Assembly (NCBI GenBank): GCA_041739995.1
Contig: JBGSMV010000018.1
Span: forward strand, 1 to 64,000
Direction of reading: 5' to 3'
DNA from: Bdellovibrionota bacterium
Lineage (GTDB): Bacteria > Bdellovibrionota_C > UBA2361 > JBGSMV01
DNA: 64,000 nt
Position numbers and translations under genes: made by a program. Of the stretch, positions 1 to 10,431 are shown one piece after another (the stretch's first letter is position 1; every line of letters starts with the position of its first letter). The notes under the pieces are model-generated. The model did no database searches. It worked only from the letters and a program-made list of their open reading frames with translations, and was not told where the DNA came from.

Positions 1-71
1 ACGGATACTCCCGACTCGGATTCCTGCAGGATCTTCACGATCTTTTCTTCGCTAAATCGACTCTTCTTCAT
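1..71 (-). CDS. IS3-family transposase OrfA, N-terminal fragment (partial)
   Basis: ATG at 71; MKKSRFSEEKIVKILQESESGVS. Confidence 0.8.
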   Translation of the reverse strand, partial: MKKSRFSEEKIVKILQESESGVS

Positions 72-140
72 TTTTCCTCCTTAACACAGTTAATGAGGAA
101 AACTAACTTCAGACTGGTCTACATTTCAGGGGGGACGTCA
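1..140 (-). mobile_element. Left end of an IS3-family (IS407-like) insertion sequence; the element runs off the window start
   Basis: Minus strand begins TGACGTCCCCCCTGAAATGTAGACCAGT at 140 (TG terminus), then RBS AAGGAGG and an ORF starting MKKSRFSEEKIVKILQE, typical of IS3 OrfA. Confidence 0.85.
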
Positions 141-312
141 AAGGGAAGAAATTAGGTTTCTTTGTGGTGCCAAATGTTCCTGCGCGTGCAGTCAATATTC
201 AATTTCGCTACTTCAAATAGAGTGGAGATAGACGTAACGTCAGTGAGCGTGACGAGCTAAGGTCGCAAGCTTGAACTTGAATAGATTCGTCGCAACGCCA
301 TTGTGGAATATC

Positions 313-1500
313 TTAGAGGCTGCTGGCCCACTTCTCAAAAGAGCTGTCTTGCTTGAATTCAAGATCAACTTTGTGTCTCAGAAGTTTGTTCGTATCGTTA
401 AAACCACGCTCGAGTAGACCTTGAATGTAGTCGCGATCGAGCGCCACGTAAGTCATGGTCTCATAGGCGATATCCTCACCCAGTTTTTTTCTCAGAAGTG
501 TAAAGAGCGGCCACACAGGACCTACCGCCGAAATGAACTTTCCTGTGGATGAACCGACTGCCTCTTTCAATAGTGGTCCAAGCGCGGTTTGGGGTTTAAG
601 TACCAGCGTCTCCGGAGGACGCAGACAAAAAGTCTGAAGCTCGGCGGGGACTTCCCAGGTGGGCCTGGTGTCGTGCTCTTCTCCGTATCGATCCAGCCAC
701 CAAGAACGCCCCGAGATATCAATCACGATCACGCGCTGAGCCCCAAGCCTTACCGTTGGGTCGACTGGAACATTTTGGGAAATGCCACCATCAACCAGGC
801 GCAGCGTCTGCCCCTCATCGTCAAGCTCTACCGGAGGAAGCACCGACGGTAGCGCGGCGGAGGCAAAGCCATGCTTGGCCTTTAACTCGTCTCGATACAG
901 AACGTTGAAAGTGGCGCCTCTCATGACTTCCGGCGGAATCGGTTCTTTAGAGCTCAAGAAAAGCAGCGGCTTTCGTTGCGCTCCTTCAAGGGTAGTCATG
1001 ACGCCAACTGCACGAAGTTCAGGATTTCTGTGATCAGGGTGAAGTCCGCCATGTTCAGTGAGTACTTGATCTACTCTTTGCACAAGTGGCGAGGGGTCAA
1101 AAATTGAATCTGCCGAGGCGTGAGGTCCCGGGCGTAGGTACTGCGTAGCGGCGACCTTGATGGCCTTTAAGAACGCATGGGAAGGAGAGTTGGCAAAAGT
1201 GTTCCGGTAGGTACGCTCAATCCACAGCTCATGCAGCTGCTCAACGGCATGCGATAGCCCGCGCTTTAAACATGCGGCGGTAATCAAACCATTGATAGCT
1301 CCGATGCTGCTACCAATGATGACCGAGATTGGGTGATCCTTTTCTTCCAGATACGGCAAGAGTGCGCGAAGGACTCCGGCTTGGTAAGCGGCGCGGGCAC
1401 CGCCTCCGGAGAGCACAAGGCCTACATCAAGACGGCGGCTCAACTTCTGAGTTGCGAATGAGATAGATGGCTTGTGGCGCTCCTGAGGACGACGACGCAT
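313..1500 (-). CDS. Patatin-like phospholipase
   Basis: GGGARAAYQAG oxyanion loop, GSSIG nucleophile motif, DGG catalytic Asp. Confidence 0.9.
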   Translation of the reverse strand: MRRRPQERHKPSISFATQKLSRRLDVGLVLSGGGARAAYQAGVLRALLPYLEEKDHPISVIIGSSIGAINGLITAACLKRGLSHAVEQLHELWIERTYRNTFANSPSHAFLKAIKVAATQYLRPGPHASADSIFDPSPLVQRVDQVLTEHGGLHPDHRNPELRAVGVMTTLEGAQRKPLLFLSSKEPIPPEVMRGATFNVLYRDELKAKHGFASAALPSVLPPVELDDEGQTLRLVDGGISQNVPVDPTVRLGAQRVIVIDISGRSWWLDRYGEEHDTRPTWEVPAELQTFCLRPPETLVLKPQTALGPLLKEAVGSSTGKFISAVGPVWPLFTLLRKKLGEDIAYETMTYVALDRDYIQGLLERGFNDTNKLLRHKVDLEFKQDSSFEKWASSL

Positions 1501-1726
1501 ACAGCTCTTAATACCCCTTGTCGGAGAAGCGAAGAATCTCTCGACGCAACCGACCCATACTAAGTATGATGTTTAAGACTTCGTCAAAGATTTGAATAAC
1601 CTTGAGCTTAACCCATTGAAAATTCCAGAAAAATCCCGTTTTTGAGCGTTGAGGTAGGGCTATTGAGAGGTTTGGGTAGGTTATTGAGCCCTTCAGTTGG
1701 GCCAACAGCTCGCCGTCATACATCTT

Positions 1727-3151
1727 ATGCCGCTTAACCCTGCACAATTTTTACCCGAGGCCAAAGCCCTTTTTGAGGTGCTCGAACCGCTGCAGCGTTT
1801 GGGGCATGAGCAGGCCGAGTCATTACTTGGAGACGTGCTCTTTGATCTCGCCACGGTAGCGGTGTCTTGCGGCTTGGCGGATTCGTCTATCAAGGACGCT
1901 GAGCGACTCGTGATTGCGGTGTTTCTGCGCTACCCGTTTCTCAATGAAGAAGAGCGTCGAGAGATCGAGGCTTGGCGATTACTTACGCAAGCCAGGAAGT
2001 TAACGCTTCTCCATGAGGTGAACGCCGCGCTTTCGAAAGTTCCAGGGAAACTCCCGGAAAGATTACCTTCAGTGGATGCATTAGCTCATGTCGGAGGTGT
2101 GCTGGGTGTCCCTGACATGGTTACGCGATTTTGCTCGCACGTGTATCGCTTTGCGCAGATTATTGCTCGCGCCCACGAAACAATCTCTGAATCAGAAGCA
2201 AAAGTGCTTGAGTTGTTGTGGGAGCGCTTAGCTTCTCAACAGAAAGATTGCGGTGGGGATCTAGCCAAGGCGACCGCTGGAGGATTTTCCTCGAAGGATA
2301 CTCCTCGAGTGGTTCATATGCCAAAGCGTGGGGAGACCGCAGAGCAAGTGTTGGCTGAGCTCGATGGTTTGATCGGGCTCGCCGAAGTGAAGCGCGAACT
2401 CAGAGAGTTGGTGAACCTCCTTAAAATTCAAAAATCTCGTACTGTACATGGCCTAAAAGCGGCGCAGGTCTCTCTGCATGTGGTGTTTGTTGGTCCACCG
2501 GGAACGGGGAAGACCACGGTAGCCCGAATTTATGGCCGGGCGCTGCATGCGCTGGGCTTTCTGGAAAAGGGGCAGCTGGTAGAAACAGATCGAGCCGGCC
2601 TGGTGGCAGAGTATGTAGGTCAGACCGCTCCGAAAGTTGATGCTGCCGTGCTTGCAGCAGCAGGGGGAGTGCTCTTCATTGATGAAGCTTACTCGCTGCG
2701 TCGTGAAGGTGCCCAAGGTGATTTCGGACAAGAAGCAATAGAGACGCTGCTTAAGCGCATGGAGGACAAGCGCGATAAGTTCGTGGTCGTGGTAGCGGGG
2801 TATGATGCTGAGATGCAGCAGTTTCTTGAGATGAACCCTGGATTGGCCTCGCGGTTTCCAAGGCAGGTGCAGTTCCCGCATTATTCGAGCGACGAGCTCG
2901 AGCAAATTTTTAATCTCTTTGCCTCTCAGGCGGATTATTGTCTCTCGGATTCGGCGCGCATGGCGCTGAAAGACAGATGCAAAAGCATGGGTAACGCCGC
3001 CGCACCTGATGCTCGGCGCAATTTTGGCAATGCGCGTGCGATGCGTAATCTCTTTGAGCATGCGGTGCGTTGTCAGGCTTCTCGATTGACGGCAGAGCCT
3101 GAGATCTCGAAGGTGATGCTCGAGACCCTTGAAGCCCAAGACTTAGTGTAG
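1727..3151 (+). CDS. CbbX/SpoVK-family AAA+ ATPase with a helical N-terminal region (ORF open from 1697)
   Basis: LIGLAEVK, Walker A GPPGTGKTTVAR, LVAEYVGQTA, Walker B VLFIDEAYSL, NPGLASRF, FGNARAMRN. Confidence 0.9.
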   Translation: MPLNPAQFLPEAKALFEVLEPLQRLGHEQAESLLGDVLFDLATVAVSCGLADSSIKDAERLVIAVFLRYPFLNEEERREIEAWRLLTQARKLTLLHEVNAALSKVPGKLPERLPSVDALAHVGGVLGVPDMVTRFCSHVYRFAQIIARAHETISESEAKVLELLWERLASQQKDCGGDLAKATAGGFSSKDTPRVVHMPKRGETAEQVLAELDGLIGLAEVKRELRELVNLLKIQKSRTVHGLKAAQVSLHVVFVGPPGTGKTTVARIYGRALHALGFLEKGQLVETDRAGLVAEYVGQTAPKVDAAVLAAAGGVLFIDEAYSLRREGAQGDFGQEAIETLLKRMEDKRDKFVVVVAGYDAEMQQFLEMNPGLASRFPRQVQFPHYSSDELEQIFNLFASQADYCLSDSARMALKDRCKSMGNAAAPDARRNFGNARAMRNLFEHAVRCQASRLTAEPEISKVMLETLEAQDLV

Positions 3152-3506
3152 CGGCGGTCGTCGTTGTTCTCCGACCAACTGACACGCCCAATGGATACTT
3201 CGCCAATAGCGCCGGCAACTGCAACGCTCGAGCGTCGCATGGGATTCGAAGCTGATTGACGACACGTGATTCCTCCTTTCCAGCACTAGGGACTATGCAG
3301 CAAAGTCTCAGGGAGCATCCCCGAGCAAAAAAACCTTTGCGACTAGCACCCTCTACCCAAATTAATTGTCAAAGAAGCTTACCATTAGAAAACTAACATA
3401 CGAGAACGCAGTAACCGCCTTGAAAGTCAGGGGGCTCGTCGCATAAGCCGCTCAAGCTGATTTTACGGCAAAGTCGTTCGTCTGAGCTCGCATGTTAGGC
3501 GAACAT

Positions 3507-5471
3507 TCACCGAGACGATTTGGGCGCGAGGAGAGAAACCGGGCACTCAAGAATGCTCCCCAAAATTCTAAAGAGCTGCTGTTCCCGGACTGTAACCTGC
3601 TCATCGCCTAATATAATAGTGCTCGCCAAAGTCATCAGTTGTTTTTTGCCAGAAATGTTGAGGTTGCGTAGTTGACCAAGGGCGGAGCTTAGCTCAGCCA
3701 GTGTCATATCGCTTGAAGGGCGTAGTGTGAATGAACGAAGTGATACGTCCTCGGGACTGGACATCGAAAGAATTGAGTTCGCGTGATCGAGGGCTGACTG
3801 GCAGGCCTCCGGCGAGGTCGCTCCAAGTCTCGCAAGAGTTGAGAGGATGAGTTCCGCTGGCGCTCGCAGATTGCCCAGAGAGGATTCTCCGAAGGGATTG
3901 AGAGAGCGGTCACTCAGTGCATGCTTGATCATACTAAACAGCCCGAGCTCAAATAGTGACAAGCGTCGATCGGCTTCAATGCAGGTTTGTAACACCTGTA
4001 GTAGCGAAGTGCGGTGAGGCGCGTGCAGCTCGCGCAAAGCAGGAATACATAACTGCACAATCGAAAAGCGTACTTCAAAGTCGGCTTCAGACAGCGACGG
4101 GATCCCTGCATTCAGTATTTCTTGATCAACCCAAGTCTTCCATTTGGGGACAGACTCATTTGCACCGGAATCTTTGGTGTCCTCAATTTCAGTGGCGACG
4201 CGTGAGCCTACTGATTCAGCGTTTACAAGGAGGATAGCGACGGCCGCGGCTTGGTGCGGTGACCTCAGATATTGCAGTACCGCAAGCGGCACGCGCGCTC
4301 GAACTGCTTCAGCTGAGGCAAGTGCGTGCATCGAAGGTGCTCCAATCGCTTGAATGGCACGTCCTGCATTGGAGTCGGAGAAACGAGAAACTTGGCCTTC
4401 ATGCTGAGGCGGAGGGGTAGCTACACCTTGGTCAGAAATTGGTTCGAGAGGAGAGATGCGCCGGATTCTCTCAGCCAAAGGCGGATGAGAAGAAAAAAAA
4501 CGAGCAAGCCATTGGTGGCCTGCACTAAAAAACAGCATGTGAGTGACCTCTTCGGTTTGGGTCGATCTGAGACCAGCTGCGCTTCCGAGAGTCAGAATTT
4601 TCTTTAGAGCACCCCCGATGCCGTCTGGGTTTCTGGTAAACTCAACCGCGGCCGCATCAGCGAGAAATTCTCGCTCACGAGAAACTGCAGCCTTTAACAT
4701 GCGTCCAAAAAGCACTCCCATCGAACCCACTAACCAAAGCACACTACCTAAGAGCAGCAGCATCAGGGTGTCGCGACCCTGTCCGCCCTGCTTTCGGGAG
4801 GTCCCGCGCCGAGACTCAAAGGCCAGGCGGAAAACACTTCTTCCGGTGATCGCCACCACTAAAATGCCGTGCAACAACGCCACCAGTCGCAAATTGATGC
4901 GCATGTCGCCGTTGAAAATATGGCTGAACTCATGCGCAATCACTCCTTGCAGCTCATCGCGCGACAGAGTCTCAACTGCGCCGCGGGATACCCCGATGAC
5001 GGCATGGTTTGGAACCAGTCCGGCGGCAAACGCATTGATAGAGTCCTCCTGGTCGAGAACAAACACCTCAGGGCGCGCCAGCCCAGTGGCGATCGACATT
5101 TCTTCAACGATATTCAACAGGCGTCGCTCGCCGTTGTCTCTAGTATCGACGTGTATTCTGCGGCCACCAAGCTCGCGCGCGATGCGCTCTCCTCCGCCGC
5201 GCAGCGCAAGCCATTTGTAGAGCGAGGCGCAAAGGATGACAGCGGCGACGCCAATTCCCACCACGGCGTAAAACTGCCAGTGTTCTCCAAAAAGCCGAGG
5301 GTTATAGTTAGGGACCGACGAGGCTCGCCAGGCTAGGGTTTCGATCAGCGCGCTGATTGCCGCGAGTCCGAGAGAGGTGAACACCACGACCCCCAAAACC
5401 GCACCTGCAAAGAGGAGCACCATGTGCCCTGAGCGTTTTCGTGCTCGTTCTTGTTCTCCGAAAAAATCCAC
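3507..5471 (-). CDS. M48 (HtpX-like) membrane zinc metallopeptidase with C-terminal extension
   Basis: Likely GTG start (DFFGEQERAR) after AGGAG; INAFAAG, HEFSH zinc motif, SREREFLADA, SHPPLAERI; TM segments. Confidence 0.9.
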   Translation of the reverse strand: MDFFGEQERARKRSGHMVLLFAGAVLGVVVFTSLGLAAISALIETLAWRASSVPNYNPRLFGEHWQFYAVVGIGVAAVILCASLYKWLALRGGGERIARELGGRRIHVDTRDNGERRLLNIVEEMSIATGLARPEVFVLDQEDSINAFAAGLVPNHAVIGVSRGAVETLSRDELQGVIAHEFSHIFNGDMRINLRLVALLHGILVVAITGRSVFRLAFESRRGTSRKQGGQGRDTLMLLLLGSVLWLVGSMGVLFGRMLKAAVSREREFLADAAAVEFTRNPDGIGGALKKILTLGSAAGLRSTQTEEVTHMLFFSAGHQWLARFFSSHPPLAERIRRISPLEPISDQGVATPPPQHEGQVSRFSDSNAGRAIQAIGAPSMHALASAEAVRARVPLAVLQYLRSPHQAAAVAILLVNAESVGSRVATEIEDTKDSGANESVPKWKTWVDQEILNAGIPSLSEADFEVRFSIVQLCIPALRELHAPHRTSLLQVLQTCIEADRRLSLFELGLFSMIKHALSDRSLNPFGESSLGNLRAPAELILSTLARLGATSPEACQSALDHANSILSMSSPEDVSLRSFTLRPSSDMTLAELSSALGQLRNLNISGKKQLMTLASTIILGDEQVTVREQQLFRILGSILECPVSLLAPKSSR

Positions 5472-5625
5472 GTCGAACTCTCCTAAAGGCTGGCCTCGCA
5501 CTTCTCAAGTGTCTTCAGCGCATGCGGCTACCGAGCAAGGGAAACCATAACCAGAATGCAGATTTCTCCACTAAAGCGTCGCGTATCCATCAACTAGGTT
5601 CTTAGATCCTTCAGGCCGTCCGGTT

Positions 5626-5709
5626 AATCTGAGTGGTCTTCGTGGTGCAAGCAAGCTCTAAAAATTTCCACAAATTTGGTTAAACCACGGACCACAAACA
5701 ACACGAAGG
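5626..5709 (+). repeat. Intergenic palindromic repeat family C, copy 1
   Basis: GTGGTCTTCGTGGTGCAAGCAAGCTCTAAAAATT...TTAAACCACGGACCACAAACAACACGAAG matches 27580-27676 and 31795-31900. Confidence 0.75.
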
Positions 5710-5756
5710 CAGGAGCACGGGCTATTCAGATGTTTCCTAGATGAATTCTTGCAATG

Positions 5757-6347
5757 TTAGAAGGCAACCTTTGGCGCTTCTCGTTCCTGAACAGCCTGAA
5801 TCTCAAAGAGCTCCGCGGCACTAAAACCTCCTAAATTTGCAATAATTGCAGTAGGGAGTTGTTCGCGTGCGGTGTTGTAGCGCATGACTGCGTCATTGAA
5901 CGCTTGGCGAGCAAATCCGACCTTGTTCTCAGTAGAGGTCAGCTCCTCCATTAATTGCATCATAGTGCTGTTGGCCTTTAGGTCCGGATAGTTCTCTGCG
6001 AGTGCGAAGAGTTTTCCAAGTGCGCCGGTAAGCTGTCCTTCTGCGCCGCCAAGTTGCTGCAAAGCGGCGGCGTTTGTAGGGTTGGAAGCTGCTGCATTCG
6101 AAGCGCTCACTGCTGCACTTCGAGCAGTCATGACGGCTTCGAGCGTCTCTCGCTCGTGCGCCATATAGCCCTTAGCCGACTCCACCAAATTGGGAATGAG
6201 ATCATAGCGGCGCTTTAGTTGCACATCGATTTGAGCGAATGCGTTTTTAAATCTGTTCCTTAAGTCGACTAAGGAGTTGTAGGCGCCCACTGCCCAAATA
6301 ACTACTGCCAGCGCCAGCACGAGAATGACAATAAGTACGATCGACAT
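5757..6347 (-). CDS. lemA: LemA family protein
   Basis: N-terminal TM, YNSLV..QIDVQLKRRYDLIPNLV, ENYPDLKAN, TENKVGFARQAFN; ATG at 6347 after GGAGGG. Confidence 0.95.
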   Translation of the reverse strand: MSIVLIVILVLALAVVIWAVGAYNSLVDLRNRFKNAFAQIDVQLKRRYDLIPNLVESAKGYMAHERETLEAVMTARSAAVSASNAAASNPTNAAALQQLGGAEGQLTGALGKLFALAENYPDLKANSTMMQLMEELTSTENKVGFARQAFNDAVMRYNTAREQLPTAIIANLGGFSAAELFEIQAVQEREAPKVAF

Positions 6348-6413
6348 GTTCCCCTCCAAAAAATTGAGTCTGGTCACTGTAGCACTGGATAGTTAAACCT
6401 GTCTCGCAACTTC

Positions 6414-6579
6414 CGAGGCGTCTGTGACCCCCGGCAAAGACGCCGACGTCCCGCCGACTTGTTCCCCGCAGATTTCTTGTCCTCCGTAGCCTTGGTGGCT
6501 AAGGAGGAATCAAAGGGGGAAGCTTCCCCGAATTGAATGGCAGCACAGGAACATGTGAGCGAAGGCGGACCCTCATAAA
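6414..6579 (+). repeat. Intergenic repeat family B, copy 1 (REP-like)
   Basis: Shares GTCTGTGAC..GACGTCCCGCCGACTTGT..CGTAGC..GCAGCACAGGAACATGTG..AAGGCGGACCC with 27408-27543. Confidence 0.8.
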
Positions 6580-6657
6580 CCGGGAGGTGTTAGGTTAAGT
6601 CACTAACATTTCGAGGATGGGGGTTTCCGGCGCCGCTTGAAGCGCTATTGCTCAGCG

Positions 6658-8613
6658 CTATTGCTCAAAGTCTCGCACGAACAACTCTTGTTGTAGGTAG
6701 ACGAAGCGCGGAGAGATTGGAGGCAAATTCGCCGCATTGTTAAAATCAGTGTCGTAGTCCCAGTTGCGGTTCGGTGCGGTGTACTGTGGGTTTCCATATA
6801 CCCACGCTCCGCTGTAACGCCTTGGACGATTCAAGCTCACGAAGGATCCGCGGTAGGTGTAGGTATCTCCACTCCAGTTCTCATGAAAGCGAGGGTAGTT
6901 TTCGAGGCCGCCGTTGTACGCACCGCCTTGACCGCCTGTTCCTTCCTGATTTCCGGTAGTGTCAGTTCCCGATAGAACTGCAACATTCTGAACGGTGCTG
7001 CTCGCTGGCCGATTATTGACGTGCTGCGTAGTGGTCGCATCGTTAAAGTTCTGAGCACCAGCGTTATAAAAGGCATTTGAGAGAGGATTAAACGAATCCG
7101 CGAGAATTGCCGCCGGGCGTTTGCCAACTGAATTGAAGTCCCCTTGGGGATAAACTGCCTGGTCAGTAACGATCGTCATTCCCACCACGGCCGGTGCGCC
7201 TCCAATGTTGCTCTGGAGTGTCTGCCCGTTTCTTATGCGAACGCCGTATGGGCTCGTATTAGTAGTGCCATTTGGGCCGCTGACCGTAAAATAAAAGACC
7301 AATCCACCTTCTGTCGTGTCTCCGAGGGTTCTTGCATTTGTGCCGAGCCAGTTTGTGCTGTGCAGACAGTTCAATAGTCCTCGCATATCGATGTCGAGCA
7401 TGCGTATCAACCGATTCTCTCTGCGATTGGTAAAGGTTCGGCTGGTTCCTACCGCCGCCATGGCGTTGTCTCCGCCGAATGGATTTCTGCGAATGCTACG
7501 TTGATTATTTGCTTGAGCAGCCGAACAGTTATAGAGAGCTAAGCTTGCCGCGCTATCCACAGAATGGTCAGCGTTTCTGACCTCGATTCCCGTGGTGAGC
7601 CCCGGTACGGTTACCAGGGGATTTTGGCTGGCATCGAGGTTGAGCACTAGCCGAAGGTCGGCTCTGTCCCAATACAGTGAACCAGCAACCGGATCTAGAA
7701 TTTCAGGGGGTGGAACGGTCACGGTGTCAACGCCGAATTGAATCATGCCGTTGAATGGATTGGTGTGGGTGCTATTAACTTGAGTACGCGAGGAGCAGGC
7801 GGGGACAAGCTGCCGAGCTGATGTGGGATCATAGACGCGCGTGGAATTAGCCCTACAAGAGTTATCATTTTTTCGCCCACGGAAGATTGTTCCGCCGGTG
7901 GTCACCTGTCCATTAATGGTGAGGGTATTGTCCGAGTGCATATACAGATCGCCATTCGTATGCACGGGACCGTTTAGGTTCATTGAAGGCCCAGGCAGGA
8001 TTTCCAGATCCTTGTCGTAAAATGCGGCAAACTGAAACATCGGCACCACGCGGCTCTTAAAGCGTAACTGTAGAATTGCTTCGGTGCGTCCATCGTTCGA
8101 GATCGCTTCTGAATTGGCGGTGTAAATATAATCTTGCGCGTTCAAGCCCTGATACAGCCCTTGGCGGATCGGGAGTAGAGGGGGGTCAATCCCCGCTTGA
8201 TGATCGACTACATAAGTTCTCACTTCTCGACCATTGAAGTCGTAGTCCTGGCAGATCATGTCACCAGTGCCGTCATTGCCACCCGTGCAGGGATCGCTGC
8301 TAGTAAGAGGGGAGCTTCCGGAGGGAGTGTTGTAGCCGACGAAGATTTGTCGAATGGTTTCTGCCCTAATGTTGAGGCCTGCTTCTGCGGCGTAGAAACC
8401 GGAAGAAGAGTCCTTTGAAGCTTTTGTGGTGGCGAGTTCGATGCGACTGACTACGAGATATGCAGCCAGAAGCGTACTCATTACTGACAGCATGAGGAGG
8501 GTAGAGATCAGTGCAAAGCCACGTTCTTGCTGCCTGCAGAGGGGACGATCCTCCTCAAAGTGTCCGGATAGTGAATCATAGAAACTTGTGTGATGAGATT
8601 TCATGTAGCGCAT
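6658..8613 (-). CDS. Large PilX-like minor pilin / pilus tip protein
   Basis: RG|FALISTLL prepilin motif without Glu5, YAAEAG (PilX N-terminal), large beta-rich C-terminus with GGLENYPRFHENW. Confidence 0.8.
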   Translation of the reverse strand: MRYMKSHHTSFYDSLSGHFEEDRPLCRQQERGFALISTLLMLSVMSTLLAAYLVVSRIELATTKASKDSSSGFYAAEAGLNIRAETIRQIFVGYNTPSGSSPLTSSDPCTGGNDGTGDMICQDYDFNGREVRTYVVDHQAGIDPPLLPIRQGLYQGLNAQDYIYTANSEAISNDGRTEAILQLRFKSRVVPMFQFAAFYDKDLEILPGPSMNLNGPVHTNGDLYMHSDNTLTINGQVTTGGTIFRGRKNDNSCRANSTRVYDPTSARQLVPACSSRTQVNSTHTNPFNGMIQFGVDTVTVPPPEILDPVAGSLYWDRADLRLVLNLDASQNPLVTVPGLTTGIEVRNADHSVDSAASLALYNCSAAQANNQRSIRRNPFGGDNAMAAVGTSRTFTNRRENRLIRMLDIDMRGLLNCLHSTNWLGTNARTLGDTTEGGLVFYFTVSGPNGTTNTSPYGVRIRNGQTLQSNIGGAPAVVGMTIVTDQAVYPQGDFNSVGKRPAAILADSFNPLSNAFYNAGAQNFNDATTTQHVNNRPASSTVQNVAVLSGTDTTGNQEGTGGQGGAYNGGLENYPRFHENWSGDTYTYRGSFVSLNRPRRYSGAWVYGNPQYTAPNRNWDYDTDFNNAANLPPISPRFVYLQQELFVRDFEQ

Positions 8614-8622
8614 AGAAAGTCC

Positions 8623-9564
8623 TTAATGAGAAAGAATGTTTCTGGGGAATATTCGAGTATTGAGCGAGCTTGAAAGGACTCTCCCTGCGATCTGCTCAGA
8701 GCCTGTCAACTGCAATTCGAGAGATGCCACCTCTGCCCACTCGTCGGTTCCTATGAGTGCAGTTTGAGTCGTTCCGTCTCGCATGTGTGCGATTACCTGA
8801 AACTGGGTGATCCCATCCACCACATTTAGAGCATTGGTTTGATCGTCATTTATAACGAGTTGAAGGACTCCGTTGGTTACTTGATATCGAAACTCCTCAA
8901 GCAGATAGAGCGCTGAGCTGACTCCGTCGCCGACATAGTCATTTTGCCAGTTTCCGCTTTGACGGTGGATTAGGAGTTGGTTGCCGTCGTCGGTTTCTCC
9001 GCTAAAAAGAAAAAACTCCCCAACCCTTGAAGTACGATTAAAGGCGAAGGCGCTTACGACGTCGGCGTTATCCTGTCGGTAGATTGACCAAGTGTTGAGG
9101 TAGGTAGCCCACCCGGCCGAATAACGACAGTTACTGTTCGTATTGGCTGGATCGTTTGAGACTGTAATCGTGGGCGTAAAGGTCGCCTGAGTCAGTGATT
9201 GGCAAAGATTAAGAACTTCTCGCTCGTACAGGTTTCGTCGCAAAATCAGCACGTCCTCCGCTCCGTCTTCTAAAAGAATAGCAGGGAATTGTTCTTCAAG
9301 GCTCTGTCCGGCTTGGCGTGCGTTAAGACTTATAATGTCTACAGCGGAGCGAAGATTTTGATTGATGCGTGTGCGAACTACATCTTCTCGGTAGAGTGAG
9401 CGGCTGGATAGTGTCGAGGCTAGGGCCATGGAAAGAATAATCAGCCCGATCAAGGAGGAGACAAGAAGCTCCACTATGGTGAAGCCGCGCTCTGAGGCTG
9501 CATGGGATCGTCTTGCAAGAACGGCTTTGTTAGCGAAGCCGCGTATACACAGTAGAAACTTCAT
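8623..9564 (-). CDS. PilW-like minor pilin
   Basis: RG|FTIVELL prepilin motif; ATG at 9564 after AAGAGG. Confidence 0.85.
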   Translation of the reverse strand: MKFLLCIRGFANKAVLARRSHAASERGFTIVELLVSSLIGLIILSMALASTLSSRSLYREDVVRTRINQNLRSAVDIISLNARQAGQSLEEQFPAILLEDGAEDVLILRRNLYEREVLNLCQSLTQATFTPTITVSNDPANTNSNCRYSAGWATYLNTWSIYRQDNADVVSAFAFNRTSRVGEFFLFSGETDDGNQLLIHRQSGNWQNDYVGDGVSSALYLLEEFRYQVTNGVLQLVINDDQTNALNVVDGITQFQVIAHMRDGTTQTALIGTDEWAEVASLELQLTGSEQIAGRVLSSSLNTRIFPRNILSH

Positions 9565-9925
9565 ACACCTCTTCGTTATTGAGTGAGACTGTTGCTGAAA
9601 CAAAGCGCGAGCGAACTGTGCAGAAGGTCGGATCTGCACAAAAGTCTAGAGTGACCTCGTAATCTCGCTCTCCGCTGGAAATTGTTTGGGTGAGCTGTTC
9701 GCCGGCGCCAGGTAGATCTTCTGGATTCTGAAGGCGCAGCTCCTCAAGGGCGATTTGCGCAACCTGAATAGCGCCAGATCTTACCTCGCTTCGATGCGTA
9801 TAGGCTAGTTGGTTGAGAAATGCAGGGAGCATCGCTGCGGAGACAATGCCGAAGAGTGTCAGAGCCACCAGGGTTTCGAGCAATGTGAAGGCCGCTTCGC
9901 GCGACCGTGCTATGTCGCTTTTCAT
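9530..9925 (-). CDS. PilV-like minor pilin
   Basis: AA|FTLLETL N-methyl motif; ATG at 9925 overlaps the upstream stop (ATGA). Confidence 0.8.
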   Translation of the reverse strand: MKSDIARSREAAFTLLETLVALTLFGIVSAAMLPAFLNQLAYTHRSEVRSGAIQVAQIALEELRLQNPEDLPGAGEQLTQTISSGERDYEVTLDFCADPTFCTVRSRFVSATVSLNNEEVYEVSTVYTRLR

Positions 9926-10431
9926 TGTATCCTCACTGAGCCGCCAAGCAGCACTTCGACGACGCGATTTGCTCCGCCGACGTCTTCGAGTTGAAGTTCT
10001 ATGTTTGAGTCTGGAAGTCCGCGGGAATTGAAGCAGAAATCCCATTCGATCCCAGAGAGTGTTGCGCCGGGGGGAAGGTCTAAAACCACTCTGTCGTCGA
10101 CCTCGGGATCGGGAGTGGTACAGGTCGCCGAGAACTGAGTGATAATGCGCGAGTTAGACGCTGGGGTGACTATATAGGCCGAGGTGCTACTGATCGCCTC
10201 TGCACGTACCTGTTTAATGAAGCTTGCGAGTTGTGCCGCTCCGTTAGTGAGAGGGTCGTCGAATTCTCGATAGTTAATGATCGCAATTCCTCCGAGAATG
10301 ACCGCAAGGGACATAACTACAAGCATCTCGATCAGAGAGAACCCGCGCTCGGAAGAGCGATGGTGCGAGCCTCTCGACTTGGAGCGCGAGGAACAGCCTT
10401 GAGATTTTGGAGTTACCACACTAGTTAACAC
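9922..10431 (-). CDS. FimT/GspH-like minor pilin
   Basis: RG|FSLIEML, VRAEAIS, FCFNSRG; probable GTG start at 10431 after GAAAGGA. Confidence 0.85.
   Translation of the reverse strand: MLTSVVTPKSQGCSSRSKSRGSHHRSSERGFSLIEMLVVMSLAVILGGIAIINYREFDDPLTNGAAQLASFIKQVRAEAISSTSAYIVTPASNSRIITQFSATCTTPDPEVDDRVVLDLPPGATLSGIEWDFCFNSRGLPDSNIELQLEDVGGANRVVEVLLGGSVRIQ

Noticed and set aside
2453..3139. Long antisense or alternate-frame ORFs (e.g. 2453-3139, 4543-5220, 13036-13659, 26706-27386, 56623-57303)
   Set aside because: Shadows of well-supported genes, with no motifs of their own
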